Part shown: positions 10,489-18,257 of the stretch, piece by piece
How the letters are laid out: each line of letters opens with the position of its first letter
Numbering within the stretch: the first letter of the stretch is position 1
Virus record (IMG/VR): IMGVR_UViG_3300042476_000233
Coordinates: 1 to 60,887 of that record
Source: a virus
Taxonomy: Duplodnaviria; Caudoviricetes
Length of the DNA stretch: 60,887 bases
Strand: one strand, 5' to 3'
Notes under the pieces: generated by a model
Told to the model about the DNA's origin: nothing
The model's database searches: none
The model's input: the letters and a program-made list of their open reading frames with translations, nothing else
Translations under genes and position numbers: made by a program

Positions 10489-10686
10489 TCAAGCCATCGG
10501 GCCGCGAGCCATCACACCTTTGGTAGCGCAACCGGTGCCACGAATCTTGATGCCGCTGGTCTTGGTCGGCTTGTACTCATTGGAGTGCATGTTGGCCACG
10601 GACACGTCCATGCGCAGCGCCTGCTTGATGTCGTCAGCGCCAACAACCGGTGTGGCCACCGGCTTGGGAGTCTTGTAGGTTGCCAT
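10489..10686 (-). CDS. small basic virion-module protein
   Basis: GIKIRGTGCATKG C-terminus; start placed at MATYK just after the upstream stop. Confidence 0.6.
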   Translation of the reverse strand: MATYKTPKPVATPVVGADDIKQALRMDVSVANMHSNEYKPTKTSGIKIRGTGCATKGVMARGPMA

Positions 10687-10687
10687 G

Positions 10688-10870
10688 TCAGACACCTTTC
10701 TGCTTGCGGCCAGGATTCATCTGGTTGGCCACCTTGGCCAGACCGCGACCCATCTTCAGCATGTCGCTGTTGGTCTTGCCACCAGCACGCATGCCTTTTA
10801 CGGCGGGATCAGGGTGTGCACCTTTACCCTTGGCCATGTGCTTCTTCAGCATTTCTTTAACGCCTGCCAT
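10688..10870 (-). CDS. small basic virion-module protein
   Basis: 60 aa Lys/Met-rich, contains MRAGG. Confidence 0.6.
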   Translation of the reverse strand: MAGVKEMLKKHMAKGKGAHPDPAVKGMRAGGKTNSDMLKMGRGLAKVANQMNPGRKQKGV

Positions 10871-10879
10871 TTTTCGCTC

Positions 10880-11308
10880 CTATGCCGTCACAACTGTGAC
10901 TGTACCAATTTGGATGGTTAATACAAGGTTATTGGGTGTCAGCCCAGCATCGGGACCGCGAGAACCACCAACCGGGTTCCAGCCCCACTGGAAGTCCCGA
11001 CTGCCCTCACTCGGGAACCCCACCGCTTCCTGCGTGGTTGCCGTTGTGTCCACAACCTGCAAGCCCGTATTCCCCGACTGCACATAACTCAGATCAGGAC
11101 GCGGGTTGCGCAAGCCTTGCGGGTCATCGACCGGGTACATGCCCAACTGCAACTGCGGTTGGTCGGGGTCCCAGCAAGCTGGGCAGACCAAGAGGTTGTA
11201 GGTCTTGGTCTTGATGACTTCCTTGCGCAGTTGCGTGAGCTTGAACCGAAAGTCGCAGCGGTCACACTGCGCAATCGCATTCTTGCCTGACGCAAACCGG
11301 TTACCCAT
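10880..11308 (-). CDS. Zn-binding phage protein
   Basis: CDRC...CPAC pairs followed by DPDQPQL...DPQGLRNPRPD. Confidence 0.7.
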   Translation of the reverse strand: MGNRFASGKNAIAQCDRCDFRFKLTQLRKEVIKTKTYNLLVCPACWDPDQPQLQLGMYPVDDPQGLRNPRPDLSYVQSGNTGLQVVDTTATTQEAVGFPSEGSRDFQWGWNPVGGSRGPDAGLTPNNLVLTIQIGTVTVVTA

Positions 11309-12256
11309 TTAGGTACCGCTCCCAATGAACATCTGCCGGGGCACGAACCGCACCGCTGCCTTCTCTTGATCCTCGCCTGCAGCAGTCTGCCAAGCCTCGT
11401 CGTACTGTTGCTTCAGAATGTCCAGGCGCTGCAGCCCATCAGGCACCTTCAGCGCGATGTAGTACGCCAGACCGGCCACAAGGCAGGGCAAAAAGCGGAA
11501 CGGCACGTCCATCGTCTTGACGCCACCACCGGCGTCCTGCAGGCGGCGCAGGCGCCAGTACACGAACTGGTAGGTCGTGCCTGGATTGGGCGTTGGCCAG
11601 ACAGTGATGCTGTTCTTCTGCGACAGGATGATGGCCGCACCAGACGAGTGGCCTGCGGCGGTCGTACCGGCTTGACCACGAGCGCAGTTAAGGAGGTAGG
11701 CAGGATTACCGCCACTAGCGGGCTGCACCTCGTTGAACGCAATCAGTTCGCTGCCGATCTTGATGAAACCCGCGTTGGGCACCCCGGCGAGCGAGGTGAT
11801 TGGAATGGATGTGGTGTCAGCCAGTATGTTCGCTTGCAGCGTCCCGGCAAGCACAGAGTCCTGACCCGACAGTTTCTGAATCCAAACCTGAATGGGTCGG
11901 CCCGTGATCAGTTTGTTGGGGATGGTGGCGTAGGTGCTGACGCTGATCCGAGTGATGGTCAGGTCGGCTTGGTTGTTGGGGACGTTGGCGTTGGTGCGGA
12001 TGACGTGGTCGAGCAAATCCACCGTGTCGTCCGGCAGCGCGTAGGTCGGCTGACCAGTAGCCAGGGTGATGACGTTCTGCTCGAACGTCCACATGTTCAC
12101 GCCCCGGTTGCCCCAGTCGGCGAAGAGCAAGTTCAAGCTGCGACGGGCCGTGCGCAAGTCATAGCCGGTGCGCATCTCGCCACCGGCACGCTCAAAGGCT
12201 TCCTCAACAAGCTCATTGAGGTCGAGGTCAAACGCAGCTACGCCTGAAGTTGTCAT
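11309..12256 (-). CDS. head-to-tail adaptor (tail tubular A/P22 gp4-like) with inserted beta domain
   Basis: LNELVEEAFER...ARRSLNLLFADWGNRG...VPFRFLPCLVAGLAYY. Confidence 0.65.
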   Translation of the reverse strand: MTTSGVAAFDLDLNELVEEAFERAGGEMRTGYDLRTARRSLNLLFADWGNRGVNMWTFEQNVITLATGQPTYALPDDTVDLLDHVIRTNANVPNNQADLTITRISVSTYATIPNKLITGRPIQVWIQKLSGQDSVLAGTLQANILADTTSIPITSLAGVPNAGFIKIGSELIAFNEVQPASGGNPAYLLNCARGQAGTTAAGHSSGAAIILSQKNSITVWPTPNPGTTYQFVYWRLRRLQDAGGGVKTMDVPFRFLPCLVAGLAYYIALKVPDGLQRLDILKQQYDEAWQTAAGEDQEKAAVRFVPRQMFIGSGT

Positions 12257-12489
12257 CTGAATCTCGCGGTCTTCTTAGCGATGGCCTTGGGTTGCGCTAC
12301 GAACTGCTTGCCGGAGGCTTTGCCTGCTCGTTTTGCTCGGGTTGAGGCGGCGTACTCTTGGGGCGAGAGAGCTTTGATCGCAGCTTCTGGAAGGTATCGC
12401 TCACCAGTTTTACTAGACGGTTTACCACTTTTGGTTCTCCACTTCTGGTCAGTCCAGTCCTTCAGAGACTGCTGAGACTTCTTAGTCAC
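12253..12489 (-). CDS. small basic protein (DUF5872-like, second half)
   Basis: GTG start overlapping upstream stop; SLKDWTDQKWRTKSGK...ERYLPEAAIK. Confidence 0.6.
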   Translation of the reverse strand: MTKKSQQSLKDWTDQKWRTKSGKPSSKTGERYLPEAAIKALSPQEYAASTRAKRAGKASGKQFVAQPKAIAKKTARFR

Positions 12490-12772
12490 GGTACCCGCCG
12501 CCCTTGGCCTTGTACTGCTTAGCCAGAAGCTGCGCTTTGCGGGCGCTCCACTGACCTGCCGCCGTGCCCTGCGTAGCCTGCCCCTTGATCTTTTCAAAGA
12601 GCGACTTGCGCATACCGGGCTTGGTGTAGTTGCCTGCTTCGTTGACCTTGGACTTGGTAGTCCCGCCTTCGGCGTACATGTCAACGTCGTTCGGGTCATC
12701 TTTGCGTCGGATGACCTTCTTCTTGGGCATCTTGGAGGGGGCGATTGCCCCCATCCCCCGGCTCGGCATCAT
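12482..12772 (-). CDS. small basic protein (DUF5872-like, first half)
   Basis: YTKPGMRK...GQWSARKAQLLAKQYKAKGGGY. Confidence 0.6.
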   Translation of the reverse strand: MMPSRGMGAIAPSKMPKKKVIRRKDDPNDVDMYAEGGTTKSKVNEAGNYTKPGMRKSLFEKIKGQATQGTAAGQWSARKAQLLAKQYKAKGGGYRD

Positions 12773-12773
12773 G

Positions 12774-13187
12774 TCAGCACTTGCCGCCGCGCTTCATGCC
12801 CAGGGGCTTCGATGCGGCCATCTTGACCATCGTGCCCTTGGTCTTGCCCTTGACGGCCATACCATCGCGGCTAGGAGCAGCGGTCTTAACGGTGCCCATC
12901 TTGGCGGTCGTGATGCCGCCGCCAGCCATTTTCTTCATGCCTTTCATTTCGGATTCCTCATGTTTGATCATTGACTTGGGCGCGTTCTTAGCTTTCAAGA
13001 AAGCCAGTTCTTTGCCCACCATTTTCTTGGACTCTTTCATTTCGCCACCTTCTTTGAACTTGCGGCCCTTGTCCGCTTTCAAGAACTCTGCCCCCACCGA
13101 CTGGGGAACGCCTGCCTTCTTGGCGAACTTGGGGTTTGAGGCCACCGCCGCCATGAACCTGTGCTGTTTACCGCTAACTGAGGGCAC
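12774..13187 (-). CDS. basic virion-module protein with repeated xxxGG motifs
   Basis: MPSVSGKQHRFMAAVA start; FKEGG, MAGGG, MKRGG. Confidence 0.7.
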   Translation of the reverse strand: MPSVSGKQHRFMAAVASNPKFAKKAGVPQSVGAEFLKADKGRKFKEGGEMKESKKMVGKELAFLKAKNAPKSMIKHEESEMKGMKKMAGGGITTAKMGTVKTAAPSRDGMAVKGKTKGTMVKMAASKPLGMKRGGKC

Positions 13188-13422
13188 TTCGCTGCTCCTT
13201 CATGTACGCGTCGAGCTTGCCTTCAAGACGATCCAACCGAGCGATCACTCGGTTCATGTCGTCGTGCACATCGCCCTTCGTGACGTACTCCTTGGCGATC
13301 TCCTCCCGCGTACGGTTGAGAAGAATCTGAATACGCTGTACTTCCTCTGTGTGCGACTTGATCACCCACAAGATGATCGCCGACAGGAAGGACAGGATGA
13401 TGTTCCATATCAGCAGTTCCAT
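13174..13422 (-). CDS. membrane-anchored coiled-coil protein (possible holin/lysis accessory)
   Basis: N-terminal TM helix, then coiled coil LNRTREEIAK...RLEGKLD. Confidence 0.6.
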   Translation of the reverse strand: MELLIWNIILSFLSAIILWVIKSHTEEVQRIQILLNRTREEIAKEYVTKGDVHDDMNRVIARLDRLEGKLDAYMKEQRSALS

Positions 13423-13664
13423 GCCCGAAGACTCTTGTTAATCCTCGAATTCGGATCTTTTGCGGTTTTTTCGCTCGTCAACTTCTTTTTCATCCCTTTC
13501 ATACGGGCGCAGAAAGAGTCGCGGCGTGGCCCGCCCTCCGGCTGTGGAGCCTTCAGTCCGGGCTTCCCTGGATTCGCGGCGTTGTAGGAGGCTCGCCCCT
13601 TGGCGTTCAAGCCGCCCTTGGGGTTCTTTCCTTCCTTGCGCTGCCATGCCGGGGTCTTAGCCAT
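13410..13664 (-). CDS. conserved small basic phage protein
   Basis: AWQRKEGKNPKGGLNAKGRASYN...RRDSFCARM...SLRAWNC; ATG overlaps upstream stop region. Confidence 0.7.
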   Translation of the reverse strand: MAKTPAWQRKEGKNPKGGLNAKGRASYNAANPGKPGLKAPQPEGGPRRDSFCARMKGMKKKLTSEKTAKDPNSRINKSLRAWNC

Positions 13665-14157
13665 AAAAGATCGTCGTGGTGACGTTGCTGACCAAGCCAA
13701 CGTAGATACCGTTCTCGGCCAGGATGCCCTCACCGGGAATGATCACGTTGAACGCTGTCGGGTTGTACGAGTCGGCCTCCAACAAGAGATCGGCGTACAT
13801 GGTGACTGCGGGGCTTCCAGTGATGGTGCCCGATGCAGTATCCGTAACCGTGAACGTGTTGGCGTTGGTTACCGTCACAGAGTACACGTTGGTCGTTGCC
13901 GTGCCGCCAGTGCCTGCCGAGAAAGACAACCACACGCGGTCGCCGGTGGCGAGCCCGTGATTTGTGATGGTCACCGTGACTGTATTGGTCGAACGACCGT
14001 ACGTGCCGGTCTGAGCCAGATTGTTGGCGTAAACCGTGTTGCGCGTGGCAGCACTGGCATTGGCCGAAACAATCGCACCCTTGAGACGCGTACGGTAAGT
14101 GACCGCTACACCAGACGCAGCCATGTGCGCTGATTTAACGTCGTATTGCATCGCCAT
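13657..14157 (-). CDS. virion structural protein
   Basis: MAMQYDVKS...IPGEGILAENGIYV with internal beta-rich TITNHGLATGD module. Confidence 0.7.
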   Translation of the reverse strand: MAMQYDVKSAHMAASGVAVTYRTRLKGAIVSANASAATRNTVYANNLAQTGTYGRSTNTVTVTITNHGLATGDRVWLSFSAGTGGTATTNVYSVTVTNANTFTVTDTASGTITGSPAVTMYADLLLEADSYNPTAFNVIIPGEGILAENGIYVGLVSNVTTTIFYG

Positions 14158-14169
14158 GATGCGCTCCTA

Positions 14170-14502
14170 TTAGGTAGCGGTGGTGATGGCAATCCAAGCA
14201 GACGCGCCGCGCACATAGATGCGGTCGTTGGTGGTGGTGCCGTCAGTACGCAGGTAAAGCGAACCCTGAGCAGCCGTCACGGTGGGGGCACCGGAGCCAA
14301 CAAAGACGCCCAAGTTTGCAGTGGAGGACATCAGAACTGCCGACATACCGCCTGCTGCGGGAGCCGTTCCGCTGTCAGCGGTCAGATTGCCCGTGGCAGA
14401 AACAGAAGTTGCAGTAACCGTGGTAGCGGTGACAGCGCCAGTGATAGCACCAACAAAACCATTATTGGATACAACTGGCCCGCTGAAGGTCGTGGTTCCC
14501 AT
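14170..14502 (-). CDS. head-associated structural protein
   Basis: MGTTTFSGPVVS start directly after major capsid; GAGGAG RBS. Confidence 0.7.
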   Translation of the reverse strand: MGTTTFSGPVVSNNGFVGAITGAVTATTVTATSVSATGNLTADSGTAPAAGGMSAVLMSSTANLGVFVGSGAPTVTAAQGSLYLRTDGTTTNDRIYVRGASAWIAITTAT

Positions 14503-14602
14503 GTGGAACGCTCCTCAAATTGCGCTTGCTGTCTCTGAGGTTAGTCCGCCAAGTCGGTCAGCAAGCAGGTTGAAAATCTTGGGACTGTGTTGAATATAGG
14601 GC

Positions 14603-14632
14603 AAAAAGAAAGGGGGCACAAGGCCCCCTTTC
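14603..14632 (-). terminator. rho-independent terminator after major capsid gene
   Basis: GAAAGGGGGC/GCCCCCTTTC inverted repeat followed by a T-tract on the minus strand. Confidence 0.8.
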
Positions 14633-14649
14633 CCGATTTCCGACGCTGA

Positions 14650-15579
14650 TTAGGCGCCAGCAGAACCCCAGATTCCCAGGGGATCAGACCAGCCGAACGA
14701 ATAACGCTCGCGGGCCTTGTAGCGCACGTTGCCGGTGTCGAAGTCACCGTCCATCGAGGTGGACATGGCCACACGCTCGAAGTGCTTCAGACCGTTGGGC
14801 ACGTCCGTGGTCAGGAACCAAGCGTTGACGTCGGTCAAGAAGTGGTTGACGGTGAAGCCACCAGGGATCGCACCCATCTGCTTGATAGCGTTGATGTCGT
14901 TATCAGCAGTGGCCACGCGCAGTTCAGTGTCAAGCAGACGCTTGGCAACGAACATCAGGCTGGGCGGAATGACCAGCTTGACCGGCTTGGCGGCGATCAG
15001 CAGACCGCGTTCGTCCGTCCACGCAGCGATCTGGATCACCGCGTTTTCGAGCGAAGTCTCGTTCAGGTCCACGGCAACAGACGGGCTGTTGTAGTTCACA
15101 CCACCGGAAACCAGGGGGTGACCCACGCGAGCAGCCGAGGAGTTGACGCCGAACAGCGACACGCCATCACCACCGGGGTAAGCGCCGTTGAAGCCGTTGT
15201 TCAGAACGGCAGCGGCCTTAACCTGCTTGGTGTAGGACATCGCACGGGCCAGAGCCTTGGTGTAGCGGGCAGACAGACTGTCATACAGGTTGTCTTCCAC
15301 TGCTTCCTCGGTGATCGAGAAACCAAGGGCGATAGTCTCGTGGTTGTAACGAGCGGTGAAGGCTTCCTGCGCATTGTCATACGCGATGGCCTGACCTTCG
15401 TTCTTCACCGGAGCGGCACTGAAGCCAGCCAGCTTGGTTTCTTCTTCAAAGGAACGCTCGGACTTCTCAGTCTCGTAGATTTCCTTGTGCTCTTCGCCGT
15501 AGCGAGCGTACTCCATACCGAACAGAGCGTTCAGGCCGGGCAGGAGTTCCTTGAGTAGTTGGGCACGAGAAATTGCCAT
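14650..15579 (-). CDS. major capsid protein
   Basis: MAISRAQLLKELLPGLNALFG...GDFDTGNVRYKARERYSFGWSD; follows scaffold and decoration genes; terminator downstream. Confidence 0.9.
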   Translation of the reverse strand: MAISRAQLLKELLPGLNALFGMEYARYGEEHKEIYETEKSERSFEEETKLAGFSAAPVKNEGQAIAYDNAQEAFTARYNHETIALGFSITEEAVEDNLYDSLSARYTKALARAMSYTKQVKAAAVLNNGFNGAYPGGDGVSLFGVNSSAARVGHPLVSGGVNYNSPSVAVDLNETSLENAVIQIAAWTDERGLLIAAKPVKLVIPPSLMFVAKRLLDTELRVATADNDINAIKQMGAIPGGFTVNHFLTDVNAWFLTTDVPNGLKHFERVAMSTSMDGDFDTGNVRYKARERYSFGWSDPLGIWGSAGA

Positions 15580-15595
15580 TTCAGATCACTCCTTA

Positions 15596-16204
15596 TCAGG
15601 CAACGCCAGTTGCATTCGTGTACGAATGCTGGCCGATGTTGAACTTCACCAACACATCGGTCTTAGCATCGCCAACAGCCGAGAACGGGCCTTGTGCGAA
15701 ACCGACCAGACGGAAACCAGCGGTGCCAGCTTGCGTCGTGGCGCTCAGTGCCGACAGCGAATTGCCCGAGGTGGTGGAACCACCAGAGCCGTTCGTGCCG
15801 TTTTGAGCAGCGGCGAAGAGCATGTTTTGACCCAGTTGAGTCTGCGTCACAGGGCCATCGGCCTGGGCTTGGAACACGGCGCGGTCGTCATCGATGACGT
15901 ACGCAACGGCGTTCAGCGAACCCGAGGGATAGTACTGCGAGAAGACCGTCTGGCCTTGCGCGTTGACGTACGAGCAGCCCACGAAGACACCGATGGTGCC
16001 AGCGGGGAATGCGTCGCCGGTGCCACCAGTCTCAGTCACGAGGCGGATGTAACCGTCAGTGTGGATTTTCACCACTTGGCCGTAGAAGAGGTTGCTCGAA
16101 TAGCCGGCGGGGTCAATCAGAAACTGACGCGTTTCGCCTGCGTACGGCAGACCGTCAACTCGGTTTACAGCCCGTAGGCCGTAGGGAGCAGCAGTAGATG
16201 CCAT
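15596..16204 (-). CDS. capsid decoration/minor capsid protein
   Basis: 202 aa beta-rich, immediately upstream of major capsid. Confidence 0.7.
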   Translation of the reverse strand: MASTAAPYGLRAVNRVDGLPYAGETRQFLIDPAGYSSNLFYGQVVKIHTDGYIRLVTETGGTGDAFPAGTIGVFVGCSYVNAQGQTVFSQYYPSGSLNAVAYVIDDDRAVFQAQADGPVTQTQLGQNMLFAAAQNGTNGSGGSTTSGNSLSALSATTQAGTAGFRLVGFAQGPFSAVGDAKTDVLVKFNIGQHSYTNATGVA

Positions 16205-16219
16205 TTAAGGACTCCTAAG

Positions 16220-16678
16220 TTACTTTGAACCAGAACCAAACCCACCTCCGCGCGTCGTGCTGGACTTGCGGTCCGAGAACAACGGCATCCGTGGATCATT
16301 GTTTCGCATGAAGTGGTTGTCCACTGAGTCCATCTGAGCCTGTGCTTGACGACCGTAGTAATCGTCCCGTGAGCGTGCAAGTTCAGCGGGCATCTTGCAG
16401 AGCATGAGGCCGCCAATTTCCACGTTCCCGGTCTTCTCGTTTCCGGCCAGCATAAGTTCAGGATGGTCAACCGCCTTCACCGGCTCCCAACCCTCGCGCA
16501 TCTTTTTGGACACGTTGGTGGGGTCAGACTGTCCCAGGACGTGCGTCGCAACCCAGCGATACACATAACCCGGCTCAGGTGTCGGATCGGGCAGTGAACT
16601 CGAAGGTGTGTACACCATACGAGCAGATTTTTCGCGTGACTGCATGTCACGGGGGATACGGTTTTGAGTTTCAGCCAT
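16220..16678 (-). CDS. conserved head-module protein
   Basis: PEPGYVYRWV...REGWEPV...IGGLMLCKMP. Confidence 0.7.
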   Translation of the reverse strand: MAETQNRIPRDMQSREKSARMVYTPSSSLPDPTPEPGYVYRWVATHVLGQSDPTNVSKKMREGWEPVKAVDHPELMLAGNEKTGNVEIGGLMLCKMPAELARSRDDYYGRQAQAQMDSVDNHFMRNNDPRMPLFSDRKSSTTRGGGFGSGSK

Positions 16679-17624
16679 TTTGGTTCTCCAGTTTTGCCAC
16701 TTGAGCAGCGTATTGCTGCGGGGTCAGGCCCAGCTTTTTCGCCAACGCAACTTGCGTTTGAGTCAGTCGAATTTTTCCGACACCCGTAGTACGAGTGGCG
16801 GGAGCCACGACCGTTGTGGGTTTCTTTTGAACCTCAACCGTCTTCGGCTTGTCTTCGTTCCCGAATAACTCGGGGAACTTCGACTTCATGCGACCATCGA
16901 TCTGGTCGAAATACTCATCGGAGCGGGGATCAGTACCCCCGGTGACTAGCTTTTGATGCAGCCCTAGTGCGTAGCTGGTGTATTCCTCAAACCCCGGTTG
17001 CCCGAACCACTGGTTTTTTGCCTGCCAGCGCAGGGATTTTTCGTCGGGTTGAACCTGAGTTTGCGGTTGTTGTTGAGTTTGTACCGGAATTTCCGTGGGC
17101 TGTAAAGCCTGCGGACGGAATCTTTTTGCTTCTTCGACTCGCCACTTGGCCGCAGCAAGCTCCTCCTGGGCCGCGATGATGGCGTCAGTATCAAACGCCT
17201 CCTGTGCAGCCTTGAGGTTTCGACGGGCAGTTTCCAGTTCTGTCTCAGCTTCCTTGCGGGCGCTTGAAACCAGAACCTCCTGGCCCTCGTTGTAACTCTT
17301 CTTCAGTCGGTTGTTCTCGTCGATCAACTGCTGTGCAAGACGCTCAAGCTCGGCTTTTTCCCGGGCTACAGCCTCTTTTTGACGGCGTTCGTCGTGACGT
17401 GCGTGGGTCAGTTCCTTGATCCGCGACTGCACGTTGGCCGAGTAAGACTCGATCTCTTCGTCGGTCGGGTCAGCGACCTCCCGATCCAGAGGCTTACGGC
17501 CACGATCACGCTCGGGCGTGTCGTCTACGACCTCAATCTCGACGTCGGTTTCACCCGAAGTCTCGACTTTGACTTCGTTCTCCTGCTCGTCAGGGAACTT
17601 GTACTCTTCCTTGTCAATTGCCAT
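16671..17624 (-). CDS. capsid scaffolding protein
   Basis: Acidic N-terminus, long coiled coil, C-terminal LTQTQVALAKKLGLTPQQYA. Confidence 0.75.
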   Translation of the reverse strand: MAIDKEEYKFPDEQENEVKVETSGETDVEIEVVDDTPERDRGRKPLDREVADPTDEEIESYSANVQSRIKELTHARHDERRQKEAVAREKAELERLAQQLIDENNRLKKSYNEGQEVLVSSARKEAETELETARRNLKAAQEAFDTDAIIAAQEELAAAKWRVEEAKRFRPQALQPTEIPVQTQQQPQTQVQPDEKSLRWQAKNQWFGQPGFEEYTSYALGLHQKLVTGGTDPRSDEYFDQIDGRMKSKFPELFGNEDKPKTVEVQKKPTTVVAPATRTTGVGKIRLTQTQVALAKKLGLTPQQYAAQVAKLENQNG

Positions 17625-17635
17625 CTTTCACTCCT

Positions 17636-18076
17636 TCAAGCGCGGGTGAGTCCGCGAGGGTCTTGCACAACAGCATCAACTTGGTCATCGTTGATGAGAC
17701 GGAACTCCTTGCCGAAAATCTTGAACCGGGTACCTGAGTAGGTACGCACCAGCACGAAATCTCCGGGTTTACACCAAGCGCCTGTGGGGAAACGCTCGGG
17801 GTCTTTGTAGGCCGAGGGGCCTTGTTTGAGTACGAACAGCACCGTGGTGGCGTGTTCTTCCTGCTTCATGTACGTGTCGGCCTTGATCAGGCTGGAGTTC
17901 TCGAACGTGTCTGAAACGTCCGGCACGATGCACAGCAGTTTGTGGCCTGCAGGCTCGGGAAGGGCTGTGGCCTTCTCTTCAGGGGCGAGGTTCTCGTCCT
18001 GTTCGTCCTGGGGCTGAATGGTCTTGGGCAGGCTGATGCCTGGGGGGAGGATGATTCCCGCTTCACTCGTCTGCAT
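17636..18076 (-). CDS. GroES-like co-chaperonin
   Basis: PEPAGHKLL...GPSAYKD...WCKPGDFVLVRTYSGTRF...FRLINDDQVDAVV; start placed at MQTSEAG. Confidence 0.8.
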   Translation of the reverse strand: MQTSEAGIILPPGISLPKTIQPQDEQDENLAPEEKATALPEPAGHKLLCIVPDVSDTFENSSLIKADTYMKQEEHATTVLFVLKQGPSAYKDPERFPTGAWCKPGDFVLVRTYSGTRFKIFGKEFRLINDDQVDAVVQDPRGLTRA

Positions 18077-18257
18077 CTTCGGCTTTCTTTGCAAGGTCAA
18101 GGATGTAACGCTCTGCCATCGCCAGACCTTGGATGACGCCGCAGAGCTTCTGGTATTCCTCAAAAGTGCGACACGAACCCCCCGCCAAGTCATCGGCGTA
18201 GTTGTTCATGTCGGTGCGTATTTGTTCGCGCAATACGCGTGCGAAGTCTTGGATCAT
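18063..18257 (-). CDS. small conserved protein between portal and GroES-like gene
   Basis: 64 aa helical, EEYQKLCGVIQGL. Confidence 0.7.
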   Translation of the reverse strand: MIQDFARVLREQIRTDMNNYADDLAGGSCRTFEEYQKLCGVIQGLAMAERYILDLAKKAEDADE

